Origin: Perkinsus chesapeaki ATCC PRA-425
Taxonomy: Eukaryota > Protista > Perkinsozoa
Direction: 5' to 3'
Assembly: GCA_013115145.1 (NCBI GenBank)
Contig: JAAPAO010000022.1
Span: forward strand, 62,001-126,000
DNA length: 64,000 bases
In this document: positions 33,583 through 45,500 of the stretch, in pieces
Position numbering within the stretch: position 1 is the first letter of the stretch
Layout: every line of letters begins with the position of its first letter
Program-made: the position numbers and the translations under genes
Notes under the pieces: generated by a model
Databases searched by the model: none
What the model was told of the DNA's origin: nothing
What the model saw: the letters and a program-made list of their open reading frames with translations, nothing else

Positions 33583-36500
33583 CTAATTAATATCCATCAA
33601 TGTCCGAAGGAACGCGTCATCCTAAACAACAGCTTCCACTAGGCTCGAACGAGCTAAGACCCACCTCGGGGCCCAACGGGGCATGGGACCTCCTACTAAC
33701 ATGTGGAGGAGGGTGAGGCAGTCGTCTCCTAGCATGGGCAGTATGATGGTAGTCTTCCTTGTCTCTAGCAGCGAACGGCGATCGACCCTCCAGCTGGTTG
33801 ACAGTCTGAAACAGGCTACTATGGACAGCAGGGAGCGCTGCCGACTGACATGCTCATTTGTGAGATGTCGCCAGACTATCAGCCTCCACAGGGCCCATGG
33901 CACCTCCACAGTATCATCGGGGAGATCTATCTCGAAGGCCTAATCATGATGAATCTTAAGGTGGAGTGTAATGCCCTGTTTACATCGTGGATCTCCAACG
34001 CCAGCTCACTAGGCGTGCAGTCACCTGCCTTGGCAGAGTCAATAAGACACTTCAGCGATACAGCCCCTGCCGGGCCCTTCACTTTCTACAGTCGTAGCGA
34101 TAGACAGTCTACCAGAGAGGAAGCCCACCTTGAACACAGTAAGGGCGGTGAAGTCTGATATAAAGCGGAGGAAGCCATAGTCGGCAAAAAGCATTCTCAT
34201 CAGCTCGAACTCCTTCGTTTCGGCCTGCCAATGACCAGCATATCACCGACCAGAGAGAGTCGGCTCACATCAGAGAGCTCCCCATCATTATTGGTATCCA
34301 AGAACTGGAAGGCAAAGCGTGCCGACTCCACATAGGGGGACTGTACAGCACCGATACGGCCCTACACAACAGGCAGATGGGCAGCAGCAGCAACCAGGTA
34401 AGAGGTGTACCATAAAGCCTGTGAGAGTCCTATCGTTCTCGGTCAGTGTGACCTCTTGAAGTAAAGATTGGCCGGAGCCGACGCCGGTGTTGACAATTTC
34501 AAAGCCGAAGAACAGCTCCCGATAAAGCAGCTCTCTAAGTGCCCTCCCACCGCCGACCACCCTCAGTAGGCTGATCTCCGGCTCAGATAGAACGCCTAAG
34601 GCGAGGACCTCCCCAGTGGGGCAGACAACCGGGAATGGCCTACCGTCCCCATCGAAATCGAGGTGCTTTTCAATGAGATGGACTTCATCAGGAAGGTAGC
34701 TCTCTATTGCGCTCCGGTATTTTTTCGCGTACTCAGCAGCTGACATTTTAACCTCAGGAGATATCCCCAGGGCTAGAGCTCGCATGTGCGGTCGCGCTTG
34801 GGCAACAAGATACCCCCAATGCTGCCACTCTGGCCGACCGATGCTCCCGCTGCGATCCAAGTCCAGCAGGGTGAACAACTGAAAATGAAGAAAAATACCC
34901 AAACCAGGGATCGAACCGGCGTAATAAAAAAGAGACAAATCTTGTGCTCTTGCTAATTTCATACCACATTTCCTTCGCATCGCGCCATAATAATGCCCTA
35001 CCGTGACATACTATTATCGGTGTGATAGATACCTTCTGGTTCTATCATTTCATATGATGAGTTCCTTTAACTGACCTCCCCTTTGGAGATGCCGTGGATC
35101 GGCCTACTTACCTTGTTACGCTTTGGCCCTGATTTACCAACACCCACAACACTTACCATCGTTCCCGCAATGGAATCCTTCCACTCCTTCTCAGTCAATT
35201 CCTCCTTTGTTAACAAACCGTCGCCGTTAACGTCGATGGCATCAAACCTTGCCGCCATGCTTATCGATCCTAGCGATGCCGCCAAGTCGTAGAGATATCT
35301 ATTGTGATGAGATAGCTGTAATCGAAACAAGTCTATCAGCCGCACCCTCCCTTTCTGGCTGTCATATAAGCCTCTAATATGTCTCTGGGCAGAGTCTCGC
35401 CAATCGGGAAGAGTAGAGCCCCAAAGGACTGTAAAAGGCGCTGTGTCGGGCTAAAGGTATCTATACTGACCTTAGCCTTAAACCAGTCTCCGGTGGTCTC
35501 TGCATGCCGGCCAACCTCCTCAAATGTGGCCTCATCCATCTCATCAGCACCAGGCTTAAGCACTGTAGAGATATCCCGTGGGAAGTCGAAGGAGCTTGGC
35601 AGGAATCCAGCAAGCCTTGACCGAGCCGCTGCCACACGAAGGTATCCAATATTCCTCATGCCGCCTGTACATAATAATAACAGTCGATTCTTGATGATGA
35701 TGATGCTCTTGTCCTACCAGCCTCGTCGCCGAGGAACATCATAGCTTCCTCTCGCGCTCCCGGGAACTTCTTCGCCTCATCCGTGTAAAGCTGCTCGAAT
35801 ACTTCCTCCGACATATCTCTCGGGACATCGCCCATACTGACAAGCTTTGCCATCAAATCCGCTCACGCTTGAGGACGGGTAGCTTACCTTCCCAGGACGA
35901 CTTGGACGGCCGGGGGCAGCAGGTCTGCTTCAACCAGGACAAGCCTCTGCCAGTTACGGCGGGATATTGAACTCTTGTTGAAGCCGTCCGCGATGAAGTT
36001 GAAAAGGTCATTTACAGCACCCTACAGTGGAAGCAACTTCATTCTTCTGGACATCACTTGGGAGAATACTCTTCTCGAGAGGCATTCCTAGTGCGGCGAG
36101 ACGGTTGGATTCATGCAGGGCAAAGTTTGATGCCTTCCGCCAAGAATATTCCACCTTACCCCGCGACCACCAGGCCTTACGCATTCCTCCTCAGAGGTGC
36201 TGTCAGACTTGCAGTCACCACAGCCCAGCTCCTTCACTGTTATCTTCCCATCATGATCCTGGTCCAAATCCGAGAACCTCATGTCCATCTTTATCGAGTC
36301 GAGGATGTGGAAGACGCGAGCAAGATTTCTGAGGCGAATCTTCACTCCCACCACGAGACCTATCCCCACCTGACATCCTTGAAGCTCCTGTAAAGGTCAT
36401 CATATCGGCGCATCTCCAGCGATGTTGCGTCCTTGCCGGCCAAGGCCTCGAATGCCTGATCGACGAGATGGAAAAGGCCAAGGGGAATGAAGTCAAACTG

Positions 36501-39500
36501 ACCTCCTTATCATACGCTTGCGTCGCGTCCAACCGAGTGCCGATCGCCAAGAGATCCTCTTCTGAGATGTCGTCACTGAGCGAGTGGCCGATGACCTTCT
36601 CGAAGCTCTCCGACGGGTATTCCTACGAATGCAGTACAGCCAGCAGCACCCCAAGTATTCACCCCTTACGTGCATCGATATGCTCCATGTGTTATTCTCC
36701 CTACTCTGTGGGCCACCCTGCAGGTCCGGACTATACTCGTCGTCCTTCTCATCCCAGTCCTCCGTAACAAGTTCCTCATCCTGTGTTGCATCCCTGGCTG
36801 AGTCATCCACAGACTTCATATCTCCATCATTCATCTCCTCATGTATATCCCCCTCATCAGGCCAGCTGTCATCTCCATGCGGTCGAACATCTCGGGTAGT
36901 AGAAGTCTCCTCGGCCTCCGAAGCCTCCCCGTATCCGCCATCTTGGCCTTCCTCCTTCATTTGCTCATCATCTCGCTTCTTCCTAGAGTGCTTCCTATCA
37001 TGCTCCTTCTCCTCCTCAATAGTCTCTCCATACTTTGGCATCCTGTCCTTCCCAGTATCCTTCATGTCCATAGTGTCTCCATATTGTTCCTCGTCATGCA
37101 TATCTCTCACGGCAGTAGTAGCATCTCTATATTGGTTCCTCTCTCCATCTTCTCTCTCTATAGTCTCCCTATACTGCTCATCCTCCCCTCCATCTTCTCT
37201 CTCTATAGTCTCCCTATACCCTTCATCCTTCGACTCCTCCTCCCCCCTGTACCGTTGGTGCTCAGTTCCCTTCTGCCCGGCCCCTCCGTGTCGGTGCCCC
37301 CTATCCTTAGTGCCCCTGTACCCTTCATCCTCGTGCATTTCCCCCACCTCTTTGCTAGCGGTATCCTGATATCCGTTCCCCTGTCCTCGTTCTCTTTCTA
37401 TTGTCTCTGTATAATCTTCATGCTGCTCCGGTTCCTCCTCCTTCGTATGGTCCTTCCCTTCCCCCTTCTTCCTCATCGTCTCATATCCTCCCCCACCGCT
37501 CGCCAACGACCCCTCGTGTCCTTCAACAAGACCAACTTCTCTTCTCCCCTCCTCCGACATAACCTCCCTATGTATCTCAGTCGCCCCAATAATATCCGAT
37601 GCCTGCGAGGCCACACTTCCCTCTGGCGCCTTACCCGAGGCCATCCCGTCGACCTCCTTTGCAGCCGCTGCCTCCTCCTTGTGCTTCTTCGTCTTCTTTT
37701 TCTTTGAATGTTTCTTCTTTTTCCCCTCATGATCGAACTTTCGGACCTGCTGCATCGTCAGACCCTAAAAATAACGAATACCGACGGCGGAGCGACGCAG
37801 AGCCTCTCACCCCTCCGCCTCCGCTAAACTTGTCAGCAGTGCCGTTACCATCACCGCCTCGAGTTTGATAAACCTGCCGAGGGAAATATTCTCTGAGAAG
37901 TGCGCGAGGAGATGCAAGTATTACCGAGTCGACCTCGAGGAAGGCTGGCTCGAGTCGTTCAACCGTCGGCATCTGCAATATGCTTGTCACAGTATGGTTA
38001 CTTTTCCCCCTCACCTTTCGAACCGTCTCCAGGAAGCTGCTCCCAGCAGCGCTGGTGATGGCCGAGAAGCCATGGTGGAGGAGACCTTCATAGACCAACA
38101 TTAACTCCGCGTGATGGATGGCTCGGAGACTGAGAATCTCCTCATCGCTCAACTTGCCTACGAAAGTACCATGTTGCCATCTCAAGTAGTATCATCAAAA
38201 TTCTCAGTTTCAAAAAATTTTCCCCATAATTTTATTAAATTTTCCCCATAATTTTACTAAATTTCCCCCATAAATTTTACTAAATTTTCCCCATAATTTT
38301 ACTAAATTTTCCCCATAATTTTACTAAATTTTCCCCATAATTTTACTAAATTTTCCCCATAATTTTACTAAATTTTCCCCATAACTTTACTAAATTTTCC
38401 TCGTTGTTTTCTTAACCCCCCCTAACTGCTATCGAAACCTAACCGTCCAGTAGCCAAGGCTTCACCGCTCCAATCCCGCCGACGTCTTCTGCTCACCATC
38501 ATTGTCCAAATCCAAGGCATGACGAATAGTTGCCTTTGTCCTCTCAGATTTGATCCTTTCCATTACGACATTGAACTCCTTAACGAACTTAGATGGGCTG
38601 GAATCCTCCCGAGGGATACTACCGAGAAAGCTACCCGACATAGGCATATGATGCTCACCTCAACGCCAGCAGCTTCACAGACGCCGGCACAGTAAAGAGG
38701 TAAGAGAATCTTTGAAGGTCTTTCCTAGTAATTCCTAGTCCACCTTCACCGACCACATCCAACACCTACAGTGCAGATGAGTGGATTCACACGCTTTGCA
38801 GTCCCCACTGTGTTGAGTCTGACCATCGGGAAACTGCCGAGCCATTGGCCAAGCTCGTCCCCGGTCAGATGACCATCATTGTTCTTGTCGAAGTTAGAAA
38901 AGAAGGCATCGGTATTAACCGCCGAGAACACCGCAAGAAGCCTCTTCAACCGCCTGAGTCACGCGCCACAAAATTCTACAATAACTTCGCCAGCCAGTGC
39001 CGGCTGCTCACCTGTGCTTAACTGCGTTCATCCAAGCCTCCACCGATGCCTTCGGTATTTGGCCGTTCCAGAAGAGTGCTAGGGATTGGAAGCTCTGACA
39101 ACACATGCTAGCTCCTCTTACTTCTACTGGTAGTAGTAGTAGCTTATCATTCGATATGAGGATAGGGCATATACTGTATGTTTCTGTGCGTGCCAGCTTC
39201 GACTTCTACGACATTGCAGTGTGATTATTTTACTCTCCTCGATGCGCTTTAATTATTCCGTGGATTAGCACCTTCGGATTCTAAGCGCGGAAGAGATGCA
39301 CCAAAAATGCGCATGAAACGTCCCCAGTGGCAAAGTATTCCATCTCCTTTCTAGATACATAGCCTCCATCAACATTCACTCTACTCTCCCACTCGGAATC
39401 TTGGCTGTAATCTTCAAAGGTAATAATTGTGTGTTTTGATATTAGTCACTCGACAAACAAGTGCGAGTCTTCGAACGGGCGCGCCCATCAATCCCCCGCT

Positions 39501-42500
39501 TTTTCTAGTAGTTGATGAGTACCCACCATACCCATGCGGCTCACCTGCTTGGAAAAGGCACGGTGATTGGCTTGCAGTTCCGTTGCCATTTTAGCAAAGT
39601 CCTCCTCCGACCAATGAGAAGGGATTTCGTCCATCTTGTCCATGGCGTAGGAGGACTGTGGGAGGTACTTAGCCAATACGTGAGGCATCGACAGGACTCT
39701 TAACATGGCTATCTCATGGTGGTCAATATAACCTATGCAAGATGTAAGGCCAATAAGGCTCCTCGAAATACTCTTATAATTGCTAATATAAGATATACCA
39801 CACAATGAGCTGCTAGTCTAATAATCATAATGATGATATAATGTCGTAATTATACGACGTATTATTCATATAAGGTATATAATAACAACCAAACCACTAC
39901 ATCCTTATTATCAACATATAACCCTCTTGTGGGGAGAGTGGTATGGTATTATATATCACAAGTACTCACCGCCAAAAAGCATGTTGATGCATTTGCCAAT
40001 CAACAACTTAAACGGTAAATTTCCTTTAACCAGCAGCAGAGTAGTGTAACCTTTAATTGGTTCTACGAATATGCTACGAAAAGCTTAAGCGGTAAAAGCA
40101 GCCTTCGCCATCAGCTTACCGTCTCCATCAAAGTCCAAGAATTCTCCAATCTCAACACTCTCAAAGCCAGTGTATTCCTCCATTGATTTCATCACAGCTG
40201 CCACATACTCCTCTATAGGTCCATCAGCCTTCTGTTGTACCCTAACAACACCACCTTCCCGATTCACACGGCAATACGGCGCCCCACTTCTGTGCCAGCA
40301 TGATGGCGCTGGCTGGAGCTGCCTCCTCGCTGAAGCCTGCTAATCTTTGGAGCTCTCCCAGCGTTATAGAGTTGGAGCCGTCGAAATCGACTACTGTGAA
40401 AACCTGAAGTATCCAAGAGAGTATCTGTGTACTAGAACGCCTTCCGGAAAGAGCAGCAGTGTGCACTTCATTAAGTAGTGTAAACGTGCGAGGCGGCTTG
40501 CTCCTATTTCGGCACCAAAGCTTCCCACTGTGCACCTTAGAATTCTACAGCAGTCGCTCTGTAACAAGACTTGCCACGAAAAAGATGAGCAGTCAAGGCG
40601 CAGGGGGGAGATCCATGCGGATGAGGGCACCGCAACGGCGGTGGTTACCATTACTCACCGCTTTGTCTGATGGCTTCAAAGCTAGCTCTTGGAAAGATAT
40701 ACCTCCGTCCCTATTGGTGTCGAACTCCTTGAACCGATTATGCAAGACGAGGGAATCCAGAATTAGGCTGATGCGACGATGGTTCCTAACAGGAATGCAG
40801 AGGAGGAAGCATGCGTCAATGTGAGGAGAGAATCTCAATAGTAATGCAGAGGAGGAAGCATGCGTCAACGTGAGGAGAGAATCTCAATGGTGGGGATGAC
40901 CTACCGCCACCGTTCAGTCATATCTAGGATACGACTGATGATGAGATGTTCACAAGCAACATACCAAGCATGAGGGGGGTTGGTATTGGAGGAGCACATT
41001 ATTGAGCTATCACTACGTACTTGTCTATTCCCCCGATACAGGAATGACAATTATTTGTTATGATGCCAGCAGATACTGTACAAGTTAGCCATACAGTGTG
41101 CAATAGGCGGTGAAGTAGAATTAGACAGAGCAGTACGACAGTTGAGAGATACCTCATGTCCTTGGAGGCAGCATGAAGGACATCGCTCTCGCTGGAATCG
41201 AGATCCTCAGCGTCCTTGTCGGCAGGATATTCGACGAGGTCATATGCCTGCTCGAGAAGGCTGTCATAAAGAAAGCGAGGGAGAGTGGCTTACCGTTCTG
41301 GAGAAAACAGTGGCAGGGGCGGAGATGGACTTGCCGAGATCGGCAAAGTCATGGGATGTAACTCTTGTTGATGGAGATAGCTTCCTTAGGCTGAACTCCA
41401 AAGGCAGCCGGCTCCACTGACAAAGACAGGAAGCTGCTGCTGCTGTTAGTGTGATACTAGCGTGGTACTTAAGAGGCTATAGCCGTCTCCTGGCTAATAT
41501 ACCCGTCATCCATATAAACAGCTTATATTGCAAATGTAAAACGGTCGCGATATATTATGTACGTAGTTGAATTAGTATATTATATACTGTTATTATAAGG
41601 TAATATCAATTACTATCAGCCGAATTACCGTTCTACTGAAGAGCTATCAAGCATCAACGTGCGGGGTAAATAATCACCAAAGACAATATTTATGACTCAT
41701 CAGGGCATCATGGGGCCCGAATCAACAACGTCCACAAATGGCAATATGGTCGAAACGAACCACCGTCGTTCGCACTACGACTGTTGCGACTCCCTACTTG
41801 ATCAGATTCCTGAATAAAGGAGCCAAGTTGATGATGGCCTCCTCTATGGTGTTTCCTTCTCCTATTCTCCCCCTCAGGATTCGGTGAGTAGACCTCCCCT
41901 CCTGGAGCCTGCTGTCCTGCCTCCACCTCGGGCAAGGGCGATATAACTCCTCGGCCCTGCTGGGCAGCACTTAATGCGTTGGACGTCAAACGGGGCCGTC
42001 GACCGTAGCCGAGATAGAACTCAGTGGCAACTAGGTTATTCATCTCATTTCCGCCAGCCATCGCTCTCAATAGACCGTAGTCACCATCTGAGGGCTCACC
42101 TACGGAAGGGGACACTGACAGACTACACAGCGGAGCGCTGGAGGGCCGATATAACTGTCACGGACATTTCTAAGCTACCAAGGGGCGTGGTGGTGAAAGG
42201 GATCGAGAACGTGTCTCTGTGGTCATAAGCCCAGAAAGAATTCAAGGCCCACCTGCTCCTAGTGAGTCCAAAGCTTGCTTGATGACCGGTACGTATCTTT
42301 CCGGCATAACAGCCAGCCGATCCTTGGCCTGCGTCACGAATGGTTCCACAGAGTAAGGCAGTAGATTGTCCCCAATCATATGAGCGATCCTGAGGGGCTA
42401 CCAGTATACCACCAAATGGGCAAGCCCAAACCCACCAGAGAGCAAAGCGTCTAACAATGAGCGGCGCTCGATGAATCATCACAAGCCGTTGCCACTCGTA

Positions 42501-45500
42501 GCGGGACAGCACACCATCTCTGTTGGAATCAAGGTAGAAGAAGAGCTGATAGGAGGAGACTTGTGACGTGACGCCACCGCCGACATCTGAGACATTACCG
42601 CCTCTCCAACAGGGCCCTTCCAGCCTATGTCCTCCAAAGAGAGGTCATTATGGCGACCACCATCAAGGTCAGAGAATCTGCTCTCTAAAGTAAGCGAGTC
42701 CATCACCAACTGAACGGCAGTGTCAGCTCCTCTGGTCGATGAACTCAGCCTGGCAGGCAAGTAGTCCGAAGGTGGGCAAAGGGCGGCGGCGGTCTACCTC
42801 CCCTGCGCTATGGTGCGATAGAGCTCTTCAAAGTCCTGGACGCGAATCTCCTGTTCTTGTTCATCAGACACTAATTCGTTAAATGCCTGATAAGAGCCAT
42901 TAACCACACCGAGGGGCTATATCATCTCATGTGGTGCCCATACATATTCACTACTAGCTGTAATGTTATAATGCAGAAAACGCCAGTGTATAGTTGATGA
43001 TAGATATATTATACATTCCGGGCTTACCGAAAATTTGTGTTTTTTGAAAGGAGAATTCCCCAGGAAGGCTAATGTGGTGTTCATCGATCCTGACGACCAG
43101 TTGTTGTTATCTTATAGAACACGTAAATATATAATAAATATATATTATTAATAGGCATACTGTATTCTATATTGTAAGAGTAACATAGTAAATAGTTGAT
43201 GAAGATTATAATTACTGATACAGATGGTTAGGTGGTTATAATAATACATATCATTATTATATCTCATATATAGTGACATCTTATTATATACTTCGGGACT
43301 CCCGAGAAAAAGTGGTTTTAACTAAATTCTTCAGGAGGAGGGATATTTTAGCAACACAGGCCAAATGTTAAGTCCCTTCAAGGCCAGTGACGCCTCCCTC
43401 CTCTCTCCTCACCTCCTTATTAAATACAAAAGCTGGAGCTGCAATGGTCCGACCAAAAGTCATGAACTCATCAAATGAGATGAGACCATCGCCATTGGTG
43501 TCCAGCAAAGCGTATATCTCAGAAGGAGCTTCTCGGAACAACTGAAGGCAACCGATCTGGACCGGAATCGACCGCTATGATGATGATGCTCACCGATACT
43601 AATGTGTGCTTGTCGGGGGCGGTCAAAAGGAGGATCCAGGAGTCCAGTATAGTGGCGACTCCGGCACGGAAGGAATCAAACCGAGGAAAAACTGACATGA
43701 CCCGGGATCGACCTGGCGTCCTCAGGAGACCTACTTTCGCTGACGTGCTTGATACCGCTGCGGAGGCCCCTCATGGTCCTAATAGGAGTTATGTCGCCCT
43801 CGAACAGACCGTCCTTCACAAACCGAGCGAATGCTCTTGTGTTCGCTGTTGTAGGGTACTTGCTGTACAGCTGCAAACGGACATAGCCATCATCGCGCCG
43901 TCTCCACGTACATGCTCCATCTTCTCCCTTAACGCCTCCACTGTCGACAGAGCCGTCTTATCCACCCAGGTGAGGGCGGCCTCCAATGCAGGCTCGGGGA
44001 ACTGAACGGGGGAGCTAGATGCTGAGGGACAGATGACAGGCTCACCCGACCGATGCGGCCAACGGTGAAGTCGACCTCTTGCGGAGCTAAGACATTCTTA
44101 AACTGAACGTGATAGGGTATGTCATGGTGCTGGTGGTAGCTGACCAGCAAATCGGATGAGCCCGACAATACCGCTTTGGTGCTGACCTCTCAATCGTGTG
44201 CTGCACCACCGCCGGGCTGCTGCTGCCTGGCTGCCCCACTGTCATCGAGGAGACCGTCGTCCTCTTGTGACTGAGAAGGGCACCCAATGCAAAAGCACTG
44301 CGCCTTTCAATGGTGGCCTTACTCCGAGACTCCCGGCCAAGGAGAGTGCTGTGTGGTGGTCACCACAGAAACCCTACTGTGAGGTGGACGGCCAGCAATA
44401 CGAAATGGCGACCCCACCGCTGACGGCATCGGCAGGATCATAGCGCTCGGTGGCCTCGGGGCAGGCGGATGGAATATGATCCTTGGTTGGAAGGGATGAG
44501 GGGCAAATAAAGGAGCATAGTGGACAGCCCTAACAAGAGCAACCCGCTGCTGAACCACAGTAGCCAGCAGCACTGGCTTACCCTGTAACGTGAGTTATGA
44601 TTGGTGGGCTGAAGAGACGTTGACCAGACAGCAGTCTGTATGGCACTATAGGAGACTTCATCTCCCCCATGCCACTCGCCACACCCTTCAGCTCGCCTGC
44701 TCTCACCCTGGGGACAAACGGTGTCGGCTGATGCTCCTCTGGTTCAGCTTCTCTATGACCATCAATATTATTCGGCGACCAAGGCTGGCCAGGTATCACC
44801 GGGCTCTCCGGATGGTCCATATGCTCCTCCTCGGGATGGCCGCCTCCCTCCTCCTCAGGTACTCCCCCGATATCCTCTTTGGAGCCTTCTTCCTCCCCCT
44901 CAGGTCCTGCTGCCCCTCCCTCCATATCAGTCATGGCGTCCGGTACGACCGGATTGGTATCGCTCTTGGTGTCAGGGGACTCCTTACCAAATACAGCATC
45001 CAGCACCTTATCCTCTGGGCTCTCATCCTCCTCCTCGGAGGTCCCTGGTTCGATTCCCCCCGACGGCTCTTTATCATCAATCTCTCCCCCCGAAGGCTCC
45101 TCCCCCGCGACCGGGTTAGTGTCATCTCCAGGCGGCGACCCGAATTCCTCCTCACCCTCCTCTTCAGGTATCCCTTCATCCCCATCCAGCATGCCCATCT
45201 CCACCATGGCCGCTGGCCGCACCTCCAGCAAGCTGGTTGCGCTCTCCTTCTTGTCATCACCGTAATAAGTCTTAACTATCTCCCCCAGCAGCGCGCTCTG
45301 TATTGCTTCTCTGTCCCACGCTATCTCCGGTGGCACCAACGCCTCATGTGGGACAGCCGTTTGTGGCAGCGCCCCCAGCCCATGGCAGTAGGAGTAGAGG
45401 ACCTGCCCGACAACTGGAAGCATCACAGCTTCACGTCCTCGGCCACCTACCCGCTTGGTCGTATAAGTGACCCCACTCAGGCTGCGAACATCGCTCACTC

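Noticed and set aside
36584-37707. Long Ser-rich and Leu/Ile-rich plus-strand ORFs
   Set aside because: Reverse-complement frames of a purine-rich low-complexity minus-strand exon, which naturally lack stops.
41999-42012. accgtagcc resembling the start of the perkinsid/dinoflagellate spliced leader
   Set aside because: Only a 9-nt match that does not continue into the rest of the leader; it lies within copy B.
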